Of a DNA stretch of 64,000 nt, positions 19,994-28,262 are shown one piece after another (position 1 is the first letter of the stretch; the number at the start of each line of letters is the position of its first letter). The position numbers were made by a program, and so were the translations under genes. The notes beneath the pieces were generated by a model that had not been told where the DNA came from, searched no databases, and saw only the letters and a program-made list of their open reading frames with translations. The stretch is from an uncultured Candidatus Saccharibacteria bacterium (GTDB lineage Bacteria; Patescibacteriota; Minisyncoccia; Phycocordibacterales; Zambryskibacteraceae): contig CAZUDK010000001.1 of the NCBI GenBank assembly GCA_964618905.1, positions 92,614 through 156,613 of the forward strand, in the 5' to 3' direction.

Positions 19994-20263
19994 ATGCCCT
20001 ACTTTGTTTATATCCTTATAAGCAAGAAGGACCACAAGCTTTACGTAGGATGCACACGAGACATTAAAAAACGTCTTGAGCGTCATAATAATGGAGCGGT
20101 AATTGCCACAAAGCACCGCCGACCATTAGAACTTCTGCATATAGAAAAATTCGATAAGAAATCTGATGCTTTTAATCGAGAAAGATTTCTCAAAAGCTTG
20201 TGGGGTTCTAGATTCAAGAAAAAATTAATTTCTGAATATAAACAAAGTAGGGCAAATCAATAA
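19994..20263 (+). CDS. stand-alone GIY-YIG nuclease
   Basis: FVYIL..LYVGCT..RL.RHN.G..T..RRP..A..RE..LK motifs intact. Confidence 0.9.
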   Translation: MPYFVYILISKKDHKLYVGCTRDIKKRLERHNNGAVIATKHRRPLELLHIEKFDKKSDAFNRERFLKSLWGSRFKKKLISEYKQSRANQ

Positions 20264-20332
20264 TTTGCCCAGGCTAAATCAGTTTTGCTAGCAAAACTGA
20301 TCGCCCGAACATTTGCGAAGCAAATGTTTTAG

Positions 20333-20732
20333 GGGGATGCTCGGCCTAGACAAGAAGAGAAGGCAGGTTGATGCGCAAGAGAGCTCGGGTGACTCTTAAA
20401 TCCGCTCGAAATCTTAAATGCAAAATCAACTTTTGCTTCAGTTGTTTCTCCGTACTTTACGGCAAACGACTTCCAGTTCGCTTACGCTAGAGCTTAACGC
20501 TCGCTAGGCCTTCTGGCGCGGTTCCGCAAGATGCTTTGAGTAGCGGACTCCGTGTTATTACACAAAGCTCTGGATGCTAGTTCCTCACTAGTATCCGAAA
20601 CTTAGAGGATAGAGGCTTGAGGGCTTTCGTTTGCTTTATACCTCACACCTCGAACTTCAATGAAGCACACTACCTTGCGTAGACTTCATCCTGTCCCCTT
20701 CTTGCACGGCGGTTCGACTCCGCCCATCTCCA
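20333..20732 (+). ncRNA. ssrA: tmRNA
   Basis: GGGGATG/CATCTCC-A acceptor stem with G3:U, GGCGG TTCGACT CCGCC T-arm, resume context taaat-GCA, tag ORF 20420-20497; near smpB. Confidence 0.93.
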
Positions 20733-20746
20733 CTAGCAAAAACATT

Positions 20747-20766
20747 AGCTCCGAAAGGAGCTTTTT
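20747..20766 (+). terminator. ssrA terminator
   Basis: agctcc-gaaa-ggagct followed by a T run. Confidence 0.8.
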
Positions 20767-20896
20767 GTTTATAAAACCTTTATTCCTTTTCTAAAATATG
20801 TTCTGAAAGGTAATCCACAACTCTTGCCAGTGGATAAAATTATAAGATGTATGAAGAAGTGCAGTGTAATTCTTCCCAGGCAGAAAGGAGCTGAAG

Positions 20897-21097
20897 ATGA
20901 ATGCCAAAGGACCGCTGCAAACTTGCCTGTTCCAGGATGCGTGCGGGAAATGCCCGCTCACTGGGACTGCTAAGTGCCCTGCAGGCACAAGCATGACAGC
21001 GCAAGGTGACACTTGTCATCAGTGTGGAGCGGATTCGCCGCCTTCTTCTTCGGACAAGATCATGGAAGAGTACGGGCAGGTCTGTATCTCGTTCTGA
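20897..21097 (+). CDS. small Cys-rich hypothetical protein
   Basis: AAGGAG SD, 7 Cys including CxxC pairs, followed by a hairpin and T run. Confidence 0.55.
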   Translation: MNAKGPLQTCLFQDACGKCPLTGTAKCPAGTSMTAQGDTCHQCGADSPPSSSDKIMEEYGQVCISF

Positions 21098-21201
21098 ACT
21101 CTTCGCCAGAGGGATTCCAGCATGCTGGGGTCCCTCTTCTTTTTATTTACAAAAAGAGTAAGGTGTAGGCAGAACTTTGAACTCGAGCCAGAGAGGAAGC
21201 G

Positions 21202-21381
21202 ATGGGAGAAAAGACTAAGAAGCAGATAGCAGAAGTGTCTCATGCGGACTTTGAGAAGATGATCAGCTAGGAAACGGAAGAACTCAAGGCAAAAGATCCA
21301 AATGGATTCTTGCCGAGCGAATACCTAAAATGATACGATCCTGAAGAGATCGACTACGACATATGCCATGTATGGCGCTGA
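21202..21381 (+). pseudogene. decayed small ORF with two in-frame stops
   Basis: GAGAGGA SD, then MGEKTKKQIAEVSHADFEKMIS*ETEELKAKDPNGFLPSEYLK*YDPEEIDYDICHVWR*; terminator at 21395-21423. Confidence 0.5.
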
Positions 21382-21491
21382 AACACTGGAGTCACCCCAT
21401 GTGTATATGCACATGGGGCTTTTGTTTTTTAAATATAGATGAAGTAACCTGTATATAGAGGATTCAAAAAACCTGAACCAAGGAGTGAATA

Positions 21492-21701
21492 ATGGAAATC
21501 CATTATATTAAGGATCTCGATAAGATTTCGATCGAGATTTATCCCTCCAGGGACTACTTAGATACAAGGGAGGTAACGGAAGATGTTACGGTTGATTTCG
21601 ATAAGCATTATACGCCTTTGCGAATTGAAATCAAAAATGCAAGCAAATACTATCCACGTCAGTTTATCAACCAGATAAAAGTGTGGAAACCAAGAACCTG
21701 A
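21492..21701 (+). CDS. DUF2283-like small protein
   Basis: MEIHY..D..I....T.EVTEDV.VDFD....IEI.NASK pattern; AAGGAG SD. Confidence 0.7.
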   Translation: MEIHYIKDLDKISIEIYPSRDYLDTREVTEDVTVDFDKHYTPLRIEIKNASKYYPRQFINQIKVWKPRT

Positions 21702-21709
21702 GTACCGAT

Positions 21710-21741
21710 TACCCCCGCACCACGTAAGTGGTGCGGGGGTA
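21710..21741. terminator. hairpin/terminator between convergent genes
   Basis: tacccccgcaccac-gtaa-gtggtgcgggggta. Confidence 0.75.
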
Positions 21742-21748
21742 TAAAAAT

Positions 21749-22435
21749 TCATGCGGCCGCGGTCAGACGAGACTGATTTTTCAGGTCTTTGGCCGAAATG
21801 GCTTCCGAGCCGCCTATGCAGAGAGGGCACTCGTCCGGAACCCACTTGGGTATCAGCCGGCGAACGAGAGAGAGTATCTCCTTACCTCTCGAAACCACCA
21901 GGTTCGATCGGTTAACGATAGAGCAGACGCATGGCAAAACGCTCGCCCCCTTCTCCCTTACAGCTTGAGCAGCAAGCTCCACGCTTCCGCAGGTCGTGAT
22001 GACATCATCACATAGAAGCACTCTGTCTGCGGAAGTGAGTGCGCACGACTCATCGAAGATAAAGTGCCGACTGGCACCTTCTCCTCGCTTCGACGGAGAA
22101 GCCCAAGCGCAAGGCGCGTGACGCCGGCGCCCTATCTCGGCTGCAAGAGCTTCTGAAAGTTTTGTTGCACCGGTCTGCGGACCCACTACGCACGTGACCG
22201 AAATCATGATACTCCTACCCTTGTCACCCTCTGCTTCGATCAAGTCACACAAGTCCGAAGCAGCCTGGTGTATGAGAAGGTTATCAGAAATGATCTTCTC
22301 ACTGCAGAAGAGCTCGCTTGAGTGAAGTCCTCCGGAGAGCTGGACGTGAGGATTGAGAGGGTTCTTGTCGTCGTGAGTCCAAAGCGCGTTGAGGTCGCGA
22401 TAAACGCCCATCCAGCCCTTCTGATCTTTGTACAT
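21749..22435 (-). CDS. orotate phosphoribosyltransferase-like protein
   Basis: HVQLSGGLHS, LLCDDVITTCGSV PRPP loop, IVNRS, CPLC tail; start moved to ATG at 22435 after AAGGAGA. Confidence 0.8.
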   Translation of the reverse strand: MYKDQKGWMGVYRDLNALWTHDDKNPLNPHVQLSGGLHSSELFCSEKIISDNLLIHQAASDLCDLIEAEGDKGRSIMISVTCVVGPQTGATKLSEALAAEIGRRRHAPCAWASPSKRGEGASRHFIFDESCALTSADRVLLCDDVITTCGSVELAAQAVREKGASVLPCVCSIVNRSNLVVSRGKEILSLVRRLIPKWVPDECPLCIGGSEAISAKDLKNQSRLTAAA

Positions 22436-22743
22436 ACTGCATCTCCTTTGAAGTTGAAGGTTCTTATTCGCTAATGCGAAGCCTAAGAAAAGATTATATA
22501 AGAATGGGTGTAAACTCAAGGGTTAATTTAAAAAACTGACCATATATTTTCTCGCTTGGCCCAAATGCGCGATCCCGATCCTCGCCGGCGGTCACCACAG
22601 GTGAACCCCGTTCGTCTCGGCGACCGCCTACGCTAAGCGCTATGCAGGCGCCCCATCTCCAGCATGGAGGAGAGATGACCTTCGACAGAGCTCCCCCGAG
22701 CTAGTAGAACAAGCCCCTGGCACCAATGGTGTCGGGGGCTCTT

Positions 22744-22989
22744 TTATTTTCTATCAATCTTCCTCACCAGCTCAAGCAAAAGTTCGTTTTGGTTTTCCAG
22801 GTGAGCCAGGATCATGTCGTGCTCATAACGGTTCAGCCGGGCTTCATCCAAATGATCCTCCTGCTCCATCTCATGCTTGTTTTTAGAGAAAAATCCTTTC
22901 TTGAGCAAAGAAGATTGCCTGCGTTCGTCTATATCTTTGCGAAGCCTTCTGAGCTCTGGCAAAGAAGGCGGGTTATGTCTATACTCCAT
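22744..22989 (-). CDS. hypothetical coiled-coil protein
   Basis: ORF from ATG at 22989; hairpin at 22713-22740 with an upstream A-rich run. Confidence 0.55.
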   Translation of the reverse strand: MEYRHNPPSLPELRRLRKDIDERRQSSLLKKGFFSKNKHEMEQEDHLDEARLNRYEHDMILAHLENQNELLLELVRKIDRK

Positions 22990-23033
22990 ATCCCAAATAG
23001 TGTATAATACATCCCAATAAAGATACACCCGAT

Positions 23034-23537
23034 TTGCAACAACTCCGTATTAATCAACATATAAAAGCTAAAGAACTCAGGGTTATAGGTCCTCAAGGAG
23101 AAAACTTTGGAGTACTCTCACTGAAAGAGGCCTTAGTTAAAGCTGACGAACTCAAGCTTGATCTTATAGAAATATCCCCTACCGCCAAACCTCCGGTGGC
23201 TAAGATTGCTGACTATGGCAAATATCAGTACGAAGAAAAGAAAAAGAGCAAGCAGGGCAAAAAATCCCATTCCACAGAAGTCAAGAACATTCAGGTCAAG
23301 CTCGGTACTGGTGATCACGACCTTTCCTTAAAAGCCAAAAAAACATCAGAATGGCTCTCTGAAGGTCACAGAGTAAGGGTAGACTTGTTCCTTCCAGGTA
23401 GAGCCAAATACTTGGATCAAAACTTCCTTAAAGAACGCATCGAAAGAATGCTCAAACTGGTTTCAGTCGATTACAAGATAGCCGAGGCTCCTAAAAAAAG
23501 CCCAAAGGGCATGACCGCTATCATTGAGAAGGCTTAA
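23034..23537 (+). CDS. infC: translation initiation factor IF-3
   Basis: RINQHI, LDLIEISP.AKPPVAKI.DYGKYQY; non-ATG start (TTG 23034 or ATT 23049), as is typical for infC. Confidence 0.95.
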   Translation: MQQLRINQHIKAKELRVIGPQGENFGVLSLKEALVKADELKLDLIEISPTAKPPVAKIADYGKYQYEEKKKSKQGKKSHSTEVKNIQVKLGTGDHDLSLKAKKTSEWLSEGHRVRVDLFLPGRAKYLDQNFLKERIERMLKLVSVDYKIAEAPKKSPKGMTAIIEKA

Positions 23538-23650
23538 AGCCAGATTCTAAGGGCAGGTGCCCGAGGCTGGAAATACTAGACAAATCCTGCTGTTTAGGTA
23601 ATATAAGACCTTAACTAGAAGCTAAAAACTAGCAGCTAGAAGCTACTCAG

Positions 23651-23845
23651 ATGGCAATGAAAACTAATAAGTCTTATAAGAAGAGATTGAAGGTCACAAA
23701 GACCGGCAAGATTGTGGCACGCAAGGCTGGCCAGAATCATTTCAATGCCAAAGAGCGCCAAAGCGAAAAAGGCAACAAGAAGCAGAATGCTGAGTTTAAT
23801 ATAAGCAATAAAGCCAAGAGTCGCTTCCTCGTAAACATAAAATAA
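23651..23845 (+). CDS. rpmI: 50S ribosomal protein L35
   Basis: MKTNKS..KRLKVTKTGK; operon position. Confidence 0.93.
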   Translation: MAMKTNKSYKKRLKVTKTGKIVARKAGQNHFNAKERQSEKGNKKQNAEFNISNKAKSRFLVNIK

Positions 23846-23846
23846 G

Positions 23847-24191
23847 ATGACAAGAGTAAAAAAGGGCGTTAATGCTCTAAAGACCAGAAGGAATATTCTC
23901 AAGCGTGTAAAAGGCTATAGGTATGGACGCGGCAGCAAAGAGAGGCAAGCTAATGAAGCCATAGTTCATGCAGGCACACATGCTTTTGCCCACAGAAGAG
24001 ACAAGAAAGGAGTATTCCGCAGACTATGGAATGTGCGAATGTCTTCACTACTTAAAGCAGAAGGCCTCTCCTACTCCAAGTTTATTTCTATGCTCAAGAA
24101 GAAAGACGTAGCTCTCGACAGGAAAATTCTAGCTGGCTTGGCTCAGAACAATCCGGAAACTTTCAAAAAAATCATAGAAGAGGTTAGATAA
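23847..24191 (+). CDS. rplT: 50S ribosomal protein L20
   Basis: MTRVKKG, KGY.YGR, RRLWNVR, LDRKILA. Confidence 0.96.
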   Translation: MTRVKKGVNALKTRRNILKRVKGYRYGRGSKERQANEAIVHAGTHAFAHRRDKKGVFRRLWNVRMSSLLKAEGLSYSKFISMLKKKDVALDRKILAGLAQNNPETFKKIIEEVR

Positions 24192-24193
24192 AT

Positions 24194-24287
24194 CAAAAAA
24201 GCTTCTAAAAACCCTTGCGCAGCGCGTCGGCGCGAGCGGAGCGAATTTTCAGCAGAAAATTACGTGTGGTTTTTAGAAGCTTTTTTG
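24194..24287. repeat. 20-bp perfect inverted repeat enclosing a conserved 54-nt core (copy A)
   Basis: Arms 24194-24213 and 24268-24287; the core shares gaattttcagcagaaaattac with 38830-38850 (reverse complement); may also act as a bidirectional terminator. Confidence 0.8.
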
Positions 24288-24295
24288 CTTTTTAA

Positions 24296-25666
24296 TTACA
24301 AATCTAATTCGTATACTTTCCCCTTCTCAGGCACAACTGCTTCCACACCCAATTCATCGTGAAGCCGCTGAGAAAGAAACATGGCCGACTTTGGTTCACC
24401 CATAGCCACAAACACTTTCTCCAAACTCTCTTTAGTACTGGAGACAAAATCTACAAGCTGATCAGAATCAGCATGTGCCGAGAAGCCGCTTATGGTTTCT
24501 ATCTTGGCTCTAACCTTTACATGCCTGTCCTCTATCTGAACATTCTTCATGCCTTCTTGGATTTGGCGACCGAGCGTTCCTGGAGCTTGGTAGCCCACGA
24601 AAAGGAGTGTGGTGTCTGGGTCCGGCAAGAATTCTTCTTCGTGCGATATTATCCTGCCTGCAGTAGACATGCCGGAGCCGGCGAGAATTATCTTCGGACC
24701 AGAGACTTTTCTAATTTCCCTCGAATCGCGGACTTGGGAAGTTTCTTTCAATCGGGAAAAACTGAAGACATCATCACCTCCGTCTAGTTCCTGTTGTATA
24801 TGGCCATTTAAATTTTTGGTTAATTTACTGTATACATCTGTTATTTTTATAGCCAAAGGAGAATCTAAAAAGACTGGTATAGGTTCAATTTTTTCAGTTT
24901 CAAACAAATCATCCAGAAGATGCAGTATCTCCTGAGTTCTTTCAAGAGAAAAGGCTGGTATGAGTAGTGTTCCCTTTTTGGCTATAGTATCGAGTACCGC
25001 TTTCTTGAACTTCTCCTCTCTTTCATCCCTGTCTTCATGGATTCTGTCTCCATAAACACTCTCCATGACCATATACTGCAGACCGGAAACTTTTTCCACA
25101 TCCTTTAGAATAACTGATGGCGAGTTGCCAATGTCTCCGGTAAACATAATGGATCTAGAGCTGGCTTTAAAGGTAAACTTAACCATGCTCGAACCAAGCA
25201 CATGGCCAGAGTTGTAGAGCTCAACTGTAAAGCTGCCGAAATCTTTAGGTTGGTGATAACCAGTCGTATCCCACATAGATATACTCTTCTCTACATCACT
25301 GTAGGTATATATCGGCTCCTGTCCTTCATCTCTGGATTTTCTTTCATTTATTTTGGCTGAATCATCAAGCATCAGCTTGGCAATGCTCTTTGTCTCCGGC
25401 GTAGAGATAATCCGGCCATTGAAACCGTCTTTAACAAGTTTTGGTATCAGGCCAACATGATCTATATGAGCATGGGTAATAAACAAGAGATCAACAGAAC
25501 TTGGATCATATTTAAAATCGCTTCTATTGATCTCGTCTGCATCCCTAGACCCTTGAGTGAAACCGCAGTCTACAAGAACTCTCTTGTCTCCAGTATCGAG
25601 CAGAAAATTGGCTCCCGTGACCGTATCCACGCCGCCGTAAAACTCCAGTTTAACCATTATCTTCAA
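24296..25666 (-). CDS. MBL-fold beta-CASP ribonuclease
   Basis: THAHIDH, GHVLGS, FTGDIG, MESVYG, SAHAD; start may be 25657. Confidence 0.92.
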   Translation of the reverse strand: MKIMVKLEFYGGVDTVTGANFLLDTGDKRVLVDCGFTQGSRDADEINRSDFKYDPSSVDLLFITHAHIDHVGLIPKLVKDGFNGRIISTPETKSIAKLMLDDSAKINERKSRDEGQEPIYTYSDVEKSISMWDTTGYHQPKDFGSFTVELYNSGHVLGSSMVKFTFKASSRSIMFTGDIGNSPSVILKDVEKVSGLQYMVMESVYGDRIHEDRDEREEKFKKAVLDTIAKKGTLLIPAFSLERTQEILHLLDDLFETEKIEPIPVFLDSPLAIKITDVYSKLTKNLNGHIQQELDGGDDVFSFSRLKETSQVRDSREIRKVSGPKIILAGSGMSTAGRIISHEEEFLPDPDTTLLFVGYQAPGTLGRQIQEGMKNVQIEDRHVKVRAKIETISGFSAHADSDQLVDFVSSTKESLEKVFVAMGEPKSAMFLSQRLHDELGVEAVVPEKGKVYELDL

Positions 25667-26072
25667 TTATCTCATAAAACTTAGGATACCTGCCTAAGAG
25701 CACGGCAAAAACAGCGCCAAAAGCATCGGCAATAAGATCAATGGAAGTATCAAGGACGTAATTCTGCTGCGCTGTAGAGATATTAAATACATATTCAAAT
25801 ATTTCCCAACCTATACCTATTAGCACTACGGAAACAAAGCTGGTCAGGAGAGCTTGGCGCAGACCGGGAAGCTTCTTGCTAAAGATTCCCGAGACATAGA
25901 ATATCCACATCAAGAAGAAGCCGATAGAGAGCCCGCCTAAGAAATGCATCAGTATATCAAACCACCACAAAGTCCAATATAAATACAAAAAAGTGGCTGA
26001 GAAATGAAGTCCTGCAAGGACCAGTACCAGAAAAAAGGTGGTAAATAAAAGTGAATAGTTCTTCACTTTCAT
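25650..26072 (-). CDS. hypothetical 4-TM membrane protein
   Basis: WFDILMHFLGG, WEIFEY, DTSIDL; start moved to ATG at 26072. Confidence 0.75.
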   Translation of the reverse strand: MKVKNYSLLFTTFFLVLVLAGLHFSATFLYLYWTLWWFDILMHFLGGLSIGFFLMWIFYVSGIFSKKLPGLRQALLTSFVSVVLIGIGWEIFEYVFNISTAQQNYVLDTSIDLIADAFGAVFAVLLGRYPKFYEIIEDNG

Positions 26073-26102
26073 ATTGTAGCTTTTCAAAGCCTTAAAAGTA
26101 AA

Positions 26103-26132
26103 CAAAAAGCCCGACTTTGGTCGGGCTTTTTG
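26103..26132. terminator. intrinsic terminator of the 6S-like RNA
   Basis: caaaaagcccgac-tttg-gtcgggctttttg. Confidence 0.85.
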
Positions 26133-26134
26133 TA

Positions 26135-26257
26135 AGGGTTATTTCGGTATACCCTAGTTTATGCAACTAGGTGGGTGCCCGCAGTATCCTTGCCAAGACA
26201 AGGTACGATTTAGGCTCCCTTTGAAAGTTTTAGCTAGATAATACCTTAAATAACCCT
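26135..26257 (-). ncRNA. ssrS: compact 6S RNA candidate
   Basis: Closing stem AGGGTTATTT/AAATAACCCT; GGGAGCC...GGGCACCCACCT motif with a following hairpin, as I recall for Firmicutes-type 6S; TATAAT at 26269-26264; terminator downstream. Confidence 0.75.
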
Positions 26258-26329
26258 CTGAACATTATAACGTATGAGACAAAGTTTTATGTGTTGATAT
26301 CAGTATAGACTACTCATTAAAAGTGTCGT

Positions 26330-26848
26330 CTATTCGAGGATTCCATCCAAATTCACATCATAAAGTATCTCATCCTGAACAAGTCTGTAATCTATGATTT
26401 CCTTAGGATCGAACCAATGATTTATCTCAAAATCAGCTTCTTCTTCGTTGCCGGAAGCATGAATGAGATTCCTTACAGCCCTATCGTCGCCATCTGCTAA
26501 AGCATAAGAATCTAAAACATAATCCCCTCTTATTGTCCCTACATCAGAAGACAGAGGCTCTGTACTGCCTACAAGCTTTCTAACTAATTTAACTGCGCTA
26601 GCTCCTTCCCAAATCATAGCCACAACAGGCCCGCTGGTCATGTATTTAACCAGATGATCCTGTATTTTCTTATCTAGCTGGTTGTAGTGCTTTCTTACAT
26701 GATCTTCATCAACCGTAAGCATCTTCATACCGGCAAGCTTAAGCCCCACTCTTTCAAATCTGGAAATTATTTCTCCTATAAGACTTCTTTGCACGCAATC
26801 CGGCTTAAGAGCTACGAATGTTCTTTCTTTTTTCAAATGTTTTGTCAT
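26330..26848 (-). CDS. ndk: nucleoside diphosphate kinase
   Basis: ERTFVALKPD, GTIRGDY, RNLIHAS. Confidence 0.95.
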   Translation of the reverse strand: MTKHLKKERTFVALKPDCVQRSLIGEIISRFERVGLKLAGMKMLTVDEDHVRKHYNQLDKKIQDHLVKYMTSGPVVAMIWEGASAVKLVRKLVGSTEPLSSDVGTIRGDYVLDSYALADGDDRAVRNLIHASGNEEEADFEINHWFDPKEIIDYRLVQDEILYDVNLDGILE

Positions 26849-27615
26849 GAAGTTAGTATTATATTGCCTTTTTCAGTTATGGCAACAGTGTGTTCAAAAT
26901 GAGCGCTTCTTGAGCCATCCTTGGTGGATATAGTATATCCATCTTTGGAAAATTTAATACCAGGCTTGCCGACGTTCACCATGGGTTCTATAGCTATGAC
27001 CATTCCGGGCTCCAGAAGCACTCCTTCACCAGCCTTGCCAGTATTCGGCACAAAAGGTTCCTCATGAACCTCATATCCTACTCCATGACCAGCTAAATCT
27101 TCTGCAAGCGTAAAGCCATACTTCTTTACCACTGAAGAAATAGCTTCTCCTATATCTCCTATATGATTGCCTGGCTTTGCCGCAGAAATACCGGCTTCAA
27201 GAGCTTCTTTAGCAGACCTCAACAGCTGCACAGATTCATCATCTATAGCCCCAACTGGCACAGTAATAGCAGCGTCAGTAATAAGACCGTCGTGAACCAA
27301 TCCTAAGTCTAAAGAAACTATGTCGCCATCCCTTAAAATTCTCTCAACTTCATTAGGGATACCATGCACTATCTCATCATTTATGGAGACGCATAAAGCA
27401 GCTGGAAAAGGCCTGTAAGCGCCGGCAGGCGTATAACCCAAGAAAGCAGGTTCATCACCAACTTCGTTTATAAGTCTTTGTGACTCTTCTTCTAAGAAAA
27501 AGGTGCTCAGTCCGGGTCTGACCAAGCCATAAAGAGCTCTCAGAATCTCGGCATGCCTGGCTCCGCCAACTTTTAATGTTTCTATCTCTTCCTTTGTTTT
27601 AAGTCTTATGCTCAT
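26845..27615 (-). CDS. map: methionine aminopeptidase
   Basis: SINDEIVHGIP, GHGVG..VHEEP, IEPM, SAHFEHT. Confidence 0.97.
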   Translation of the reverse strand: MSIRLKTKEEIETLKVGGARHAEILRALYGLVRPGLSTFFLEEESQRLINEVGDEPAFLGYTPAGAYRPFPAALCVSINDEIVHGIPNEVERILRDGDIVSLDLGLVHDGLITDAAITVPVGAIDDESVQLLRSAKEALEAGISAAKPGNHIGDIGEAISSVVKKYGFTLAEDLAGHGVGYEVHEEPFVPNTGKAGEGVLLEPGMVIAIEPMVNVGKPGIKFSKDGYTISTKDGSRSAHFEHTVAITEKGNIILTS

Positions 27616-28198
27616 ATGCTTCGATGATATCTTTGTGCACCTTATCTATATCTTGTTCTCCATTTATTTCTAAAAAGTTATAAAAGGGGTCAGCTTTAAA
27701 ATATTCAATGGCCGGCCACACATCCTGTTCAAACCAATTAAGACGCTTATTTATTTTAGATAGTGAACGATCATCTCTTCGTCCTCTGGCTAAAAGCCTC
27801 TCCTCCGCCCATTCTCTTCCGACATTAAGGTAAATTACACTTGGATTCTCTCTTTCATAAAACTTGAAAGCTGTCGAAAGTAGAACCGCTTCAGAGTGAG
27901 CCCTTGGAGCGCCATCGAACACCAGATGCATGTCCGGTTCAAGCTCATCAACCAACATACCAGCCCACATATAGCAGGCTAGAAAGTCCGGCTGGCGCGC
28001 ATCAGAATCATATACAGCCTTAGAGAGCTTTGATGAATAGCTTGAGCCTCTTATAAACTGTCTGAACCTATCTCCAGTTTCAATGTAAATAATCTGCTTA
28101 TTATCAAGGTCGCGATCCTTGATATATTTTTTAAAGAGCTCCGCTTGAGTTCCCTTGCCGCACCCTGAACGGCCTATGAATATGACTGTATGAAGCAT
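27599..28198 (-). CDS. adk: adenylate kinase family protein
   Basis: GRSGCGKGTQA, TGD.FR, FDGAPR; between secY and map. Confidence 0.88.
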   Translation of the reverse strand: MLHTVIFIGRSGCGKGTQAELFKKYIKDRDLDNKQIIYIETGDRFRQFIRGSSYSSKLSKAVYDSDARQPDFLACYMWAGMLVDELEPDMHLVFDGAPRAHSEAVLLSTAFKFYERENPSVIYLNVGREWAEERLLARGRRDDRSLSKINKRLNWFEQDVWPAIEYFKADPFYNFLEINGEQDIDKVHKDIIEAYEHKT

Positions 28199-28262
28199 AT
28201 TAGAATAAGGAATTACAAATTAAGAATAACATAATTCCCTACTCTTGCTCTGCCTCTATATC

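Noticed and set aside
19270-20263. GIY-YIG genes as intron homing endonucleases or UvrC fragments
   Set aside because: There is no interrupted host gene or intron core, and no DNA-binding or UvrC C-terminal domains.
21202-21381. Stop-codon reassignment (code 25 or 15)
   Set aside because: Two different stops interrupt the ORF, and other genes end normally at TGA (comF) and TAG (rplT).
22545-22710. SRP RNA, RNase P RNA or a riboswitch in the GC-rich patch
   Set aside because: I found no SRP domain IV or RNase P consensus on either strand; it is better explained as stacked hairpins.
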